The notes beneath the pieces are model-generated. The model ran no database searches, had not been told where the DNA came from, and saw nothing but the letters and a program-made list of their open reading frames with translations. The translations under genes and the position numbers were made by a program. A stretch of DNA of 32,000 nt from Aliivibrio fischeri ES114 (GTDB lineage: Bacteria > Pseudomonadota > Gammaproteobacteria > Enterobacterales > Vibrionaceae). The DNA is taken from NCBI RefSeq assembly GCF_000011805.1, contig NC_006840.2, one strand, 5' to 3'. This document shows positions 10,810 to 19,770 of this stretch, in pieces (position 1 is the first letter of the stretch; each line of letters begins with the position of its first letter).

Positions 10810-13062
10810 TTAATGAACCGCTTCAGTTTCACTCGTGAATTCAAATACAAGCTCATCTTTCTTAAGTTTCACTCGTACTGTGCCACCATCAACTAAATCA
10901 CCAAACAGTAATTCATTTGCCATTGGCTTTTTAAGGTTTTCTTGAATAACTCGAGCCATTGGGCGTGCACCCATCGCTTTGTCATAGCCTTTTTCAGCAA
11001 GCCATGCTTTAGCTTCTTTGGATACTTCCATTGATACACCACGAGCATCTAACTGTGCTTGTAGCTCTGCAATGAATTTCTCAACAACAAGTGAAATCAC
11101 ATCTTTACTTAGATGCTCAAACCAAATGATATTATCCAAACGGTTTCTAAATTCTGGCGTAAATACTTTCTTAATTGCCGCCATTGCATCAGTAGAGTGA
11201 TCTTGTTGGATCAAACCAATCGATTTTTTAACCGTCTCTTGAACACCTGCATTGGTCGTCATAACAAAAATTACGTTACGGAAATCCGCTTTACGTCCAT
11301 TGTTATCTGTCAACGTACCATTATCCATTACTTGTAACAGTAGGTTAAAGATATCTGGATGTGCTTTTTCAAGTTCATCAAGAAGAACAACCGAATGTGG
11401 GTGCTTAATTACCGCATCAGTTAATAAACCACCTTGCTCGTAACCAACATAACCCGGAGGCGCACCAATTAAGCGACTAACGGTATGCTGCTCACCATAT
11501 TCAGACATATCAAAGCGCAGTAATTCAATACCTAATGCTTTTGCTAATTGAACAGTAACTTCTGTTTTACCAACCCCTGTCGGCCCAGCAAATAAGAATG
11601 AACCAACTGGTTTATTCTCTGCACCAAGACCAGCACGACTTAATTTAATTGCTTCACATAGTGCATCGATACCCTGATCTTGCCCAAATACCAGCATTTT
11701 CAATTTGTCATCGAGTTTTTTCAGAACATCTTTATCACTTGAAGATACAGATTTTTCTGGAATTCGAGCCATTTTAGCGACCATAGACTCAATATCAGCA
11801 ACATTGATGGTCTTTTTACGGCGACTCGCAGGTGTTAGGCGGCAACGAGCACCGGCTTCATCAATTACGTCAATCGCTTTATCTGGAAGATGACGTTCAT
11901 TAATGTATTTAGCAGATAGCTCTACCGCAGCACGAAGCGCTTTATTGGTATAACGCACTTCATGATGTTCTTCATACTTACTTTTCAAACCGATCAGAAT
12001 TTTTGTCGTATCGTCTAAAGATGGTTCTAAAATATCAATCTTTTGGAAACGACGAGCTAATGCACGCTCTTTTTCAAAAATAGTACTGTGCTCTTGATAA
12101 GTAGTAGAACCAATACAGCGTAATTTACCACTACTTAATAACGGTTTGATTAAGTTAGCTGCATCAACTTGACCACCAGAAGCGGCACCCGCTCCTATAA
12201 TCGTGTGAATTTCATCAATAAATAAAACCGCATGTTCTTCTTTTTCAAGCTGTTTTAAAATCGCTTTAAAACGTTTTTCAAAATCACCACGGTATTTAGT
12301 GCCAGCAAGTAATGAACCAATATCTAGTGAATAAATAACACAATCTTTAATTACATCAGGTACTTGTTCTTCAACAATACGCCAAGCAAGGCCTTCTGCA
12401 ATCGCCGTTTTACCAACACCAGCTTCACCCACTAATAGAGGGTTATTTTTGCGACGACGACATAATACTTGAATGGTTCGCTCAAGCTCTTGATCACGTC
12501 CAATAAGCGGATCAATTCCACCATTTTTAGCAACTTGGTTTAAGTTAGTAGCAAAACTCTCTAACTTATCTTCAGCATTAGCCTCAACCGCCGCTTCAAC
12601 ATTATTTGGTTCGCTATTCTCATCTCGATTTTCTGGTGCACCATGAGAGATGTAATTAACAATATCTAGACGGCTAATATCATTCTTTTTAAGGAGATAT
12701 GCTGCGTGTGATTCTTGCTCGCTAAAAATAGCAACCAATACGTTGGCACCAGTAACTTCACTTCGACCAGATGATTGAACATGAAAAACGGCTCGTTGTA
12801 ATACACGCTGAAAGCTAAGCGTAGGCTGAGTTTCACGACTTTCATCGTCCAGAGGAATTAATGGGGTTGTCTGTGTAATAAATTCGTCGATTTCAGTTGC
12901 CAAGGCATCTAAATCAGTATGACAAGCAATAAGCGCTTCGTGAGCTGATGGGTTCTCCAGCAGAGCGAATAGCAAGTGCTCTACTGTCATGAATTCATGA
13001 CGCTTTTCTCGCGCACGAGCAAACGCTGTGTTCAAACTCGCTTCTAATTCTTTGTTTAGCAT
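10810..13062 (-). CDS. clpA: ATP-dependent Clp protease ATP-binding subunit ClpA
   Basis: Two AAA+ modules (GEAGVGKTA and GPTGVGKTE Walker A motifs). Colinear with E. coli ClpA from [13 protein letters not shown] lies 5 nt upstream of ATG 13062. The ORF-track start at 13083 adds 7 codons that overlap this SD. Corrected length is 750 aa. Confidence 0.96.
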   Translation of the reverse strand: MLNKELEASLNTAFARAREKRHEFMTVEHLLFALLENPSAHEALIACHTDLDALATEIDEFITQTTPLIPLDDESRETQPTLSFQRVLQRAVFHVQSSGRSEVTGANVLVAIFSEQESHAAYLLKKNDISRLDIVNYISHGAPENRDENSEPNNVEAAVEANAEDKLESFATNLNQVAKNGGIDPLIGRDQELERTIQVLCRRRKNNPLLVGEAGVGKTAIAEGLAWRIVEEQVPDVIKDCVIYSLDIGSLLAGTKYRGDFEKRFKAILKQLEKEEHAVLFIDEIHTIIGAGAASGGQVDAANLIKPLLSSGKLRCIGSTTYQEHSTIFEKERALARRFQKIDILEPSLDDTTKILIGLKSKYEEHHEVRYTNKALRAAVELSAKYINERHLPDKAIDVIDEAGARCRLTPASRRKKTINVADIESMVAKMARIPEKSVSSSDKDVLKKLDDKLKMLVFGQDQGIDALCEAIKLSRAGLGAENKPVGSFLFAGPTGVGKTEVTVQLAKALGIELLRFDMSEYGEQHTVSRLIGAPPGYVGYEQGGLLTDAVIKHPHSVVLLDELEKAHPDIFNLLLQVMDNGTLTDNNGRKADFRNVIFVMTTNAGVQETVKKSIGLIQQDHSTDAMAAIKKVFTPEFRNRLDNIIWFEHLSKDVISLVVEKFIAELQAQLDARGVSMEVSKEAKAWLAEKGYDKAMGARPMARVIQENLKKPMANELLFGDLVDGGTVRVKLKKDELVFEFTSETEAVH

Positions 13063-13104
13063 AGGAACCTCCCAAAACACCAATTTATGGTGTAACGAAC
13101 AAAC

Positions 13105-13425
13105 TTACGCTTGCTCCATTGTACACAGCAGTGGGTGCTCATTATCACGCGAGTAAGTATTCACTTGCGCAACTTTAGTTTCAGCAACTTCAGCAGTGAA
13201 CGTCCCACATACTGCTTTCCCTTCATAATGCACTGTTAGCATTAATTGTGTTGCTTTTTCCAAATCCATGGAAAAAAATTTATCTAAAACTTCAACAACA
13301 AACTCCATTGGAGTGTAATCGTCATTATTTAAAACCACTTTATACATTGATGGCGGTCTTAACTCTGTTTTCTCTTGCTCCAAAACATCTGAATCAGGAG
13401 AAATCCATTCATATAGTTTACTCAT
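13105..13425 (-). CDS. clpS: ClpAP adaptor / N-recognin ClpS
   Basis: 106 aa. [21 protein letters not shown]...H..G.A.CG core. Lies immediately upstream of clpA. Confidence 0.95.
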   Translation of the reverse strand: MSKLYEWISPDSDVLEQEKTELRPPSMYKVVLNNDDYTPMEFVVEVLDKFFSMDLEKATQLMLTVHYEGKAVCGTFTAEVAETKVAQVNTYSRDNEHPLLCTMEQA

Positions 13426-13823
13426 GTCGACAACTAAATTAGTAAAAAAATAATCTGATACTTCAAGGTATCCCCTTAATACTCAGACTAATCTAGACGA
13501 GAGATTACATCAAACAAAAGATACTATTTTAGAGTCTTTATCACTTATTTTTTAGTTAATTGAATAGAAAATCGTCGAAACAATAAATAAAGAATAGAGC
13601 CTTTTGCTCATGTTCTCCACTATATTTATCAATCTGATATTATTGACAAATATGTTAATCTTAAACGTGATATTGGGTATAATTGTTAAAAAAGTGACAA
13701 CTTTGTACTTGACTCACATTTTATATTTAATAGAGTGTACTTGTAGTGGTTATCAATTGAACAGATAAATGATTAATTCATAACCATTGTGCTAGGTAAT
13801 TAAAATGCAGAGGGATGTATAGC

Positions 13824-14045
13824 ATGGCAACAGGTACAGTAAAGTGGTTCAATAACGCCAAAGGGTTTGGCTTCATTTGTCCTGAAGGGGAGGATGGCGA
13901 TATTTTTGCTCATTACTCCACCATTGAAATGGAGGGATATCGAACTCTAAAAGCAGGACAAGCCGTCACTTACGAAATCCACGAAGGCCCAAAAGGTTTT
14001 CACGCAAGTGAAATTAAATTACTCGAAGGTGAAAACGCAAAGTAG
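13824..14045 (+). CDS. cspD: Cold-shock-domain protein CspD (stationary-phase CSD protein)
   Basis: MATGTVKWFNNAKGFGFI with RNP1/RNP2 motifs and a CspD-type C-terminal tail. The listed ATG at 13815 overlaps the SD (AGAGGGA, 13809-13815), so I prefer ATG 13824 (73 aa). Confidence 0.9.
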   Translation: MATGTVKWFNNAKGFGFICPEGEDGDIFAHYSTIEMEGYRTLKAGQAVTYEIHEGPKGFHASEIKLLEGENAK

Positions 14046-14066
14046 CTGCTTTATTTTCAAGTTTAT

Positions 14067-14098
14067 AAAAAAGGTGAGTCAACATGCTCACCTTTTTT
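14067..14098 (+). terminator. Rho-independent terminator of cspD
   Basis: AAGGTGAG(14071-78)/CTCACCTT(14087-94) with an 8-nt loop, followed by a T-run to 14098. Confidence 0.85.
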
Positions 14099-14154
14099 GA
14101 ACCAATCGTTTCAAAACCACTCCAATCTTAATTCACTTCTGTTAGGTCACTATT

Positions 14155-14697
14155 TTGAAATATCTACTTACTTTCGTTCTACTTTTGACGTTAAACGGTT
14201 GTGTTACTGAAACACACCAAGAGAAAAGCACAGTAAATCTTGTGACAACAGGCGATATCAATACGGTAATAACGGGAAGAACTTTCTTTAGTTGGCATCC
14301 TGATATTAACGCCAACTACCTTAATAAAAAGTTAAATAAAAATGATACTGAAGAAAAATTCATTCTTGCTTTAAAAAATGAATTAAAGAAAAAAGGGTTT
14401 ACTTACACGGATGATCTACAAAAAGCCGATTTTTATATTGGCTATGGTTTAGGTATAGATACTAAGATCAGTGATGATCAAATTCTAAATAAAACAGGAT
14501 TATCCGCTGGTATAGAACCACATAGCATCGATGAAAATGACAGTGATAAAGCCAGTGTTTTTATTGCAATCTATTTACCAACCCAACTAACGCCGCAATG
14601 GACAATATTAGCCCAAGGCTATACAGATAGTGAGCAAACAGGTTCAATGGACGAATTGCTTCAGCTCATGTTTCACAGCTTAGAAGAGAAAAACTAA
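14155..14697 (+). CDS. Putative lipoprotein, DUF4136-like (family assignment tentative)
   Basis: Signal peptide with lipobox LTLNG|C. The start must be TTG 14155: an in-frame TAG at 14143 closes the frame upstream and there is no ATG before the lipobox Cys. The pattern F.W.P...(amphipathic helix)KKKGF.Y....KADF.IGY resembles DUF4136 lipoproteins from memory. Confidence 0.65.
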   Translation: MKYLLTFVLLLTLNGCVTETHQEKSTVNLVTTGDINTVITGRTFFSWHPDINANYLNKKLNKNDTEEKFILALKNELKKKGFTYTDDLQKADFYIGYGLGIDTKISDDQILNKTGLSAGIEPHSIDENDSDKASVFIAIYLPTQLTPQWTILAQGYTDSEQTGSMDELLQLMFHSLEEKN

Positions 14698-14701
14698 GCG
14701 T

Positions 14702-14725
14702 AAAAAGCAGCAAACATTGCTGCTT
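14702..14725. terminator. Terminator hairpin between the convergent lipoprotein gene and selO (stronger on the minus strand)
   Basis: AAGCAGCAA-aca-TTGCTGCTT. On the minus strand it is followed by TTTTT; on the plus strand only by TTT. Confidence 0.7.
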
Positions 14726-14749
14726 TACTGCGTCACAAATTACTTTGCT

Positions 14750-16207
14750 CTATGATGAACAACTGATTTCCATTCTCTTTCCCCACTCTGGTGGTAATTC
14801 AGCATAACGCTCAAAGTCAGGATGTTCATCAAATGGCGATGCCAATAGCGTAGATAAAATTTTAACATCACTAAAATCCCCCTCATTTGCTTTAACAATT
14901 GCTTGTTGAGCTAAATAGTTTCTTAAAACATATTTCGGGTTCACTTTTCTCATTTTTGAGCAACGCATATCGAAGCTATCAACTTCTAACTTACATCGTG
15001 TTAGATACAAGTCTATCCATAATGTTGCCGCTTCTCTATCAACAAATAAATCAACTACCGTTTGTTTATCTTGGGAGTCTAGGTAAGACAACGCCCTCAT
15101 AAATCGAGTGTAATCCACTGCATTTTGTGACAGTAATTCGAACATAGATTCAAATAGACGGGTATCCCCTTCTTGTTTAGAAAGCAGCCCCAATTTTTTT
15201 CGCATCAATTGACTAAAATAATCATGCAATTTTATTTCATATTGCTCTAATGCTTTTTCTAAATCTGACTTATCAATTAATGGGGAAAGCGAATGTGCCA
15301 AGGCCGATAAGTTCCATAAGCCAATTCTAGGTTGTTGATTAAAGGCATAACGTCCTTGGTAGTCAGAATGGTTACAGATATAACCGGGCTCATAATCATC
15401 AAGAAAGCCAAAAGGACCATAATCGAACGTTTGGCCAATAATCGACATATTATCGGTATTCATAACACCATGGGCAAATCCCACAGCCTGCCATTGCGCA
15501 ATCATATAAGCAGTTCTATCTACAATATTATTAAACATTGCGAGATATGGTTTATCTTCACCTAAACAACAAGGGAAATGCCATTCAATCACTTTATCCG
15601 ATAATAACTTTAGCTCTTCCAATAAATTTGAATAAAACAAATGCTCAAAATGACCAAATCGAATATGAGTTTCAGCCATTCTAATGAGTAGAGCCCCAGT
15701 CTCATACCCTTCTCTAAATACCGGGGTATCACTCGTCATCATTCCTAATGCTCGTGTCGTAGGAATACCAAGCCCAGCCATCGCTTCACTACATAAATAC
15801 TCACGAATTGTAGAGCGTAATACAGCTCGGCCATCACCAGAACGAGAATAAGGCGTTAAACCAGCTCCTTTTAAATGAAGATCAAAACTATTCCCTTTTT
15901 TATCTTTTATTTCTGCTAATAAAAGTCCTCTTCCATCACCAAGGTCTGGGTTATAACAACCAAATTGATGCCCTGCATATTTCATGGCTAGTGGAGAAAA
16001 AACGGACGGCACTGTCTCACCCGAAAACGCATCTAACAGCTCAGAATGATTATGTACGTTCTCAGGTAAATCAAACTGTTTAGCTAATTCACTATTCCAT
16101 ATAAGCCAACGAGAATTATCTAAGGGGGTCGGTTGTACATACGTGAAAAAACAGCGAGGCAATCTTGAATAGCGAGTAGTAATTGAAAGTGAATTCCAAA
16201 AAGACAT
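14750..16207 (-). CDS. selO: Protein adenylyltransferase SelO (YdiU/UPF0061 pseudokinase-fold AMPylase)
   Basis: 485 aa. Motifs [36 protein letters not shown] and [13 protein letters not shown]. The C-terminus ..EISCSS is the bacterial Cys counterpart of the eukaryotic Sec position. Colinear with E. coli YdiU from memory. Confidence 0.93.
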   Translation of the reverse strand: MSFWNSLSITTRYSRLPRCFFTYVQPTPLDNSRWLIWNSELAKQFDLPENVHNHSELLDAFSGETVPSVFSPLAMKYAGHQFGCYNPDLGDGRGLLLAEIKDKKGNSFDLHLKGAGLTPYSRSGDGRAVLRSTIREYLCSEAMAGLGIPTTRALGMMTSDTPVFREGYETGALLIRMAETHIRFGHFEHLFYSNLLEELKLLSDKVIEWHFPCCLGEDKPYLAMFNNIVDRTAYMIAQWQAVGFAHGVMNTDNMSIIGQTFDYGPFGFLDDYEPGYICNHSDYQGRYAFNQQPRIGLWNLSALAHSLSPLIDKSDLEKALEQYEIKLHDYFSQLMRKKLGLLSKQEGDTRLFESMFELLSQNAVDYTRFMRALSYLDSQDKQTVVDLFVDREAATLWIDLYLTRCKLEVDSFDMRCSKMRKVNPKYVLRNYLAQQAIVKANEGDFSDVKILSTLLASPFDEHPDFERYAELPPEWGKRMEISCSS

Positions 16208-16273
16208 AAGAGTAATCCATTAACTATGCAATGAACTAACGCTAGCATATTGATAAATAATATGACAGAAATG

Positions 16274-16310
16274 AAAAAAGCCGCACTAACCATAAGGTTA
16301 ATGCGGCTTT
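16274..16310 (-). terminator. Rho-independent terminator downstream of tRNA-Arg
   Basis: The minus strand reads AAGCCGCA-t-TAACC-ttat-GGTTA-g-TGCGGCTT followed by TTTTT. It starts 9 nt after the tRNA CCA end. Confidence 0.8.
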
Positions 16311-16318
16311 TCCAATTT

Positions 16319-16395
16319 TGGCGCGCCCTGTAGGATTCGAACCTACGACCACATCCTTAGAAGGGACGTGCTCTATCCAGCTGAGCTAAGGGCGC
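16319..16395 (-). tRNA. argU: tRNA-Arg (anticodon UCU, reads AGA), CCA encoded
   Basis: The reverse complement folds as a cloverleaf by hand. Acceptor GCGCCCT/AGGGCGC, D stem GCTC/GAGC, anticodon stem CGTCC/GGATG with loop CT-TCT-AA, T arm GTAGG-TTCGAAT-CCTAC, discriminator G, then CCA. Total 77 nt. Resembles E. coli argU. Confidence 0.95.
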
Positions 16396-16408
16396 TTTGT
16401 GTGGTAGG

Positions 16409-16436
16409 ATTATACGAATATCCGAAATCAGATCAA
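16409..16436 (-). promoter_or_regulatory. Sigma70 promoter of tRNA-Arg
   Basis: The minus strand reads TTGATC-16 nt-TATAAT, ending 13 nt before the mature tRNA 5' end. An A/T-rich UP-like tract lies upstream. Confidence 0.65.
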
Positions 16437-16576
16437 TCCTTTTCTTATCATTATCTTACTGAGTGATGAAAAATGAGTCACTTTGCTCACTTTATAGCAA
16501 CAAGAAAACCATTCTGAATAAAAAACCTACAAATATCATTGATATTACAATGTTTTGGTACTTAAAAAACCCCCGA

Positions 16577-16592
16577 ACGCAAACGTTTGCTC
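16577..16592. promoter_or_regulatory. Candidate PurR operator upstream of folD
   Basis: ACGCAAACGTTTGCTC matches 14/16 positions of the idealised PurR palindrome ACGCAAACGTTTGCGT. The core GCAAACGTTTGC is a perfect 12-bp palindrome. Its centre lies about 78 nt upstream of the folD ATG. Confidence 0.55.
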
Positions 16593-16662
16593 TATAGCTA
16601 TTCTGAATTAATTCTGCGACAATACTTAGGTCAACCAGTAACTGCCCTTTAGAAGGATCACT

Positions 16663-17520
16663 ATGACCGCTCAAATTATCGATGGAAAACTCATTTCTCA
16701 AACCGTTCGCTCTGAAGTCGGGGCTCGTGTTAAAGCTCGTGTAGAAGCAGGATTACGTGCTCCAGGCCTTGCAGTTGTATTAGTTGGACAAGACCCTGCA
16801 TCTCAAGTTTATGTAGGTAGTAAACGTCGTGCCTGTGAAGAAGTCGGTTTCGTTTCAAAGTCATATGACCTTCCAACGACCACATCTGAATCAGAACTTC
16901 TTAACCTAATTGATGAGTTAAACCAAGATCCTGAAATTGATGGTATTTTGGTTCAATTGCCTCTTCCAGCAGGAATGGATAGCACTAAAATTTTAGAGCA
17001 TATCGATCCTGAAAAAGACGTTGATGGTTTCCACCCATATAACGTAGGTCGATTATCACAACGTATTCCAAAACTGCGTTCTTGTACACCAAAAGGGATC
17101 ATCACTCTACTTGACCGCTACAACATTCAAGTTCGTGGCATGCATGCCGTTGTTGTTGGTGCTTCAAATATTGTTGGTCGACCAATGACACTTGAATTAC
17201 TTCTTGCTGGTTGTACTACCACCACTTGTCATCGCTTTACAAAAGATTTGGAAAGCCATATTCGTCAAGCTGATTTGGTTGTGGTCGCCGTCGGTAAACC
17301 AAATTTCATTCCAGGTGAATGGATTAAAGAAGGTGCTGTCGTTGTTGATGTAGGTATTAATCGACTGGATTCAGGTAAGTTAATTGGCGATGTCGAGTAT
17401 GACGTAGCCAAAACAAAAGCAAGCTATATTACTCCAGTACCAGGTGGAGTTGGTCCAATGACAGTAGCGACGCTTATCGAAAACACCCTACTTGCCTGTG
17501 AGCAATACCACAGCAAATAA
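16663..17520 (+). CDS. folD: Bifunctional methylene-THF dehydrogenase / methenyl-THF cyclohydrolase
   Basis: 285 aa. Motifs [46 protein letters not shown] and [11 protein letters not shown]. Confidence 0.97.
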   Translation: MTAQIIDGKLISQTVRSEVGARVKARVEAGLRAPGLAVVLVGQDPASQVYVGSKRRACEEVGFVSKSYDLPTTTSESELLNLIDELNQDPEIDGILVQLPLPAGMDSTKILEHIDPEKDVDGFHPYNVGRLSQRIPKLRSCTPKGIITLLDRYNIQVRGMHAVVVGASNIVGRPMTLELLLAGCTTTTCHRFTKDLESHIRQADLVVVAVGKPNFIPGEWIKEGAVVVDVGINRLDSGKLIGDVEYDVAKTKASYITPVPGGVGPMTVATLIENTLLACEQYHSK

Positions 17521-17547
17521 CTTTTAATAGTTACAAAACTATCAATT

Positions 17548-17575
17548 AGCGAGCAATTTTACTGCTCGCTTTTTT
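17548..17575 (+). terminator. Rho-independent terminator of folD
   Basis: AGCGAGCA-attttac-TGCTCGCT followed by TTTTT. Confidence 0.85.
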
Positions 17576-17705
17576 ATATCTGCGCTTCCCCACACTTCTT
17601 GACCAAATTTCACTCTATTTTCAGTTTTTTCTTGGACAAAATAAGCATTTAGTTACTAGGCTTAGTATGCGTAATTTAAAAAACGGATGACAAGAGGAAA
17701 TGGAT

Positions 17706-19640
17706 ATGAGTATTTTTGACCACTATCAAGCCCGTTATGAAGCGGCAAAAGATGAAGAGATGTCACTGCAAGATTTCTTATCACTATGTAGTAATGACAA
17801 AAGTGCTTATGCTAATGCAGCAGAAAGACTACTGCTAGCCATTGGAGAGCCTGAGATCATCGATACTGCACTTGATCCGCAACTCAGTCGCATTTTCTCT
17901 AATCGTGTTATTTCTCGCTATGAAACCTTCAAAGATTTCTATGGTATGGAAGAACCAATAGAACAAATTGTTTCTTACTTAAAGCATGCTGCTCAAGGTC
18001 TTGAAGAGCGTAAGCAAGTGCTTTATTTATTAGGCCCAGTAGGCGGTGGTAAGTCTTCACTTGCTGAAAAACTAAAAAGCTTAATGCAAAAATTACCTAT
18101 TTATGTACTTAGCGCAAATGGGGAACGCAGCCCAGTTAACGATCACCCTTTCTGTTTATTTGATGTCTATGAAGATGGTGAACTACTCAAAAACGAGTAC
18201 GGTATTGAACCACGTAACCTACGCTCCATTATGTCTCCTTGGGCAGCAAAACGACTGCATGAATTTGGTGGCGACATAACAAAATTTAAAGTCATTAAAG
18301 TTCACCCATCGATTCTTGACCAAATTGGTATCGCGAAAACGGAACCTGGCGATGAAAATAATCAAGACATTTCCTCTCTTGTAGGTAAGGTCGATATTCG
18401 TCAATTAGAGCATTTCGCCCAAGATGATCCTGATGCTTATAGCTATTCGGGGTCACTATGTAAAGCGAACCAAGGCCTAATGGAATTCGTAGAGATGTTT
18501 AAGGCTCCGATTAAAGTGCTTCATCCTCTTTTAACTGCAACCCAAGAAGGTAACTTTAATGGGACAGAAGGACTGTCAGCGTTACCATTTGATGGGATGA
18601 TCCTTGCTCACTCAAACGAATCAGAGTGGCAAACGTTCCGAAATAACAAAAACAACGAAGCCTTTTTAGATAGGGTTTATATCGTAAAAGTCCCTTATTG
18701 TTTACGTGTATCGGAAGAAATGAAGATATACCAAAAACTACTAGAACACAGTGAATTGTCTCATGCTCCTTGCTCTCCTAGTACATTGGATATTCTGGCG
18801 CAATTCTCAATATTATCGCGTCTAAAAGAACCAGAGAATTCATCTCTCTTCTCTAAAATGCGAGTTTATGACGGTGAAACCCTAAAAGACACCGATCCAA
18901 AAGCCAAAAGTTACCAAGAGTATCGAGATTTTGCTGGTGTTGATGAAGGTATGTCAGGCTTATCAACTCGATTCGCCTTTAAGATCCTCTCTCGTGTATT
19001 TAACTTTGATCAAACCGAAGTCGCAGCCAACCCTGTTCATCTTTTTTATGTAATAGAACAACAAATAGAAAGAGAGCAATTTGCGCAAGACATTGCAGAT
19101 AAATACACCGAGTTCTTAAAAGGGTTCCTAATCCCTAAATATGTCGAGTTTATCGGAAAAGAAATTCAAACCGCTTATCTTGAATCTTATTCAGAATATG
19201 GTCAGAACATTTTCGACCGTTACGTAACCTATGCTGATTTTTGGATTCAAGATCAAGAGTATCGTGACCCTGAAACTGGCCAATTATTTGACCGTTCAGC
19301 ACTTAACGATGAATTAGAAAAAATAGAAAAAACAGCCGGGATCAGCAATCCAAAAGATTTCCGTAATGAAATCGTGAATTTTGTTCTTAGAGCAAAAGCA
19401 AACAACAACGGACAAAACCCAACCTGGACCAGTTACGAAAAACTGCGTGTAGTTATTGAGAAGAAAATGTTCTCCAATACAGAAGATCTTCTTCCAGTTA
19501 TCTCCTTTAACGGAAAAACCTCAACCGACGATCAGAAAAAACATGATGATTTTGTAGCTCGAATGATGGAAAAAGGCTACACCAAAAAACAAGTAAGACT
19601 ATTAGCTGAATGGTACTTACGTGTTCGTAAATCATCATAA
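17706..19640 (+). CDS. yeaG: PrkA-family AAA+ protein (YeaG; described as a Ser kinase, homologues as an ATP-dependent protease)
   Basis: Colinear with E. coli YeaG from MSIFDHY to ...WYLRVRKSS. Walker A is LLGPVGGGKSS. The SD AGAGGA (17693-98) fits ATG 17706 (8-nt spacing) better than the listed ATG 17700 (2 nt). Corrected length is 644 aa. Confidence 0.93.
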   Translation: MSIFDHYQARYEAAKDEEMSLQDFLSLCSNDKSAYANAAERLLLAIGEPEIIDTALDPQLSRIFSNRVISRYETFKDFYGMEEPIEQIVSYLKHAAQGLEERKQVLYLLGPVGGGKSSLAEKLKSLMQKLPIYVLSANGERSPVNDHPFCLFDVYEDGELLKNEYGIEPRNLRSIMSPWAAKRLHEFGGDITKFKVIKVHPSILDQIGIAKTEPGDENNQDISSLVGKVDIRQLEHFAQDDPDAYSYSGSLCKANQGLMEFVEMFKAPIKVLHPLLTATQEGNFNGTEGLSALPFDGMILAHSNESEWQTFRNNKNNEAFLDRVYIVKVPYCLRVSEEMKIYQKLLEHSELSHAPCSPSTLDILAQFSILSRLKEPENSSLFSKMRVYDGETLKDTDPKAKSYQEYRDFAGVDEGMSGLSTRFAFKILSRVFNFDQTEVAANPVHLFYVIEQQIEREQFAQDIADKYTEFLKGFLIPKYVEFIGKEIQTAYLESYSEYGQNIFDRYVTYADFWIQDQEYRDPETGQLFDRSALNDELEKIEKTAGISNPKDFRNEIVNFVLRAKANNNGQNPTWTSYEKLRVVIEKKMFSNTEDLLPVISFNGKTSTDDQKKHDDFVARMMEKGYTKKQVRLLAEWYLRVRKSS

Positions 19641-19657
19641 AAATAAACAGGACGTTA

Positions 19658-19681
19658 CAGCCCATAGCTGATTATGGGCTG
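19658..19681 (+). other. Intercistronic GC-rich hairpin between yeaG and yeaH (no U-tract)
   Basis: CAGCCCATA-gctgat-TATGGGCTG, a perfect 9-bp stem starting 18 nt after the yeaG stop. It is followed by atctaataac, which is not a T-run. Confidence 0.5.
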
Positions 19682-19770
19682 ATCTAATAACATTTTAGCT
19701 AATTTGTTGTCTATATAAGTAAGTTCCTTTAGACAATCGCTAAGGTGATATGAATCAGGAGGGCAATATT

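Noticed and set aside
11018-11893. Four plus-strand ORFs (60-74 aa) antisense to clpA, with similar shadows in metG (538-753), pyrF (2319-2597), lapA (4150-4338), aroA (8423-8632), selO, yeaG, yeaH (19913-20238), ycgB (21423-22508), icd (22785-23162), fpr and norW/norV
   Set aside because: All are nested in strongly supported genes on the opposite strand or in another frame. They lack SDs and have biased shadow-frame composition. This is typical of artefacts in A/T-rich DNA.
16492-16701. 69-aa minus-strand ORF spanning the folD promoter region and overlapping the folD start
   Set aside because: It overlaps folD by 39 nt and runs across the PurR box and the intergenic A/T-rich DNA. It has no SD, and its hydrophobic tail is encoded by an A/T-rich spacer. 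It is most likely spurious.
17632-17647. Sigma54-like element TTGGAC-aaaataa-GCAT upstream of yeaG (attractive because E. coli yeaGH responds to nitrogen starvation)
   Set aside because: The GG and GC dinucleotides are separated by 9 nt rather than the required 10, and the flanking bases fit TGGCAC-N5-TTGCW poorly. A sigmaS/sigma70-type -10 (TAGTAT, 17663-17668) is a possible alternative, but it has no good -35. I left both uncalled.
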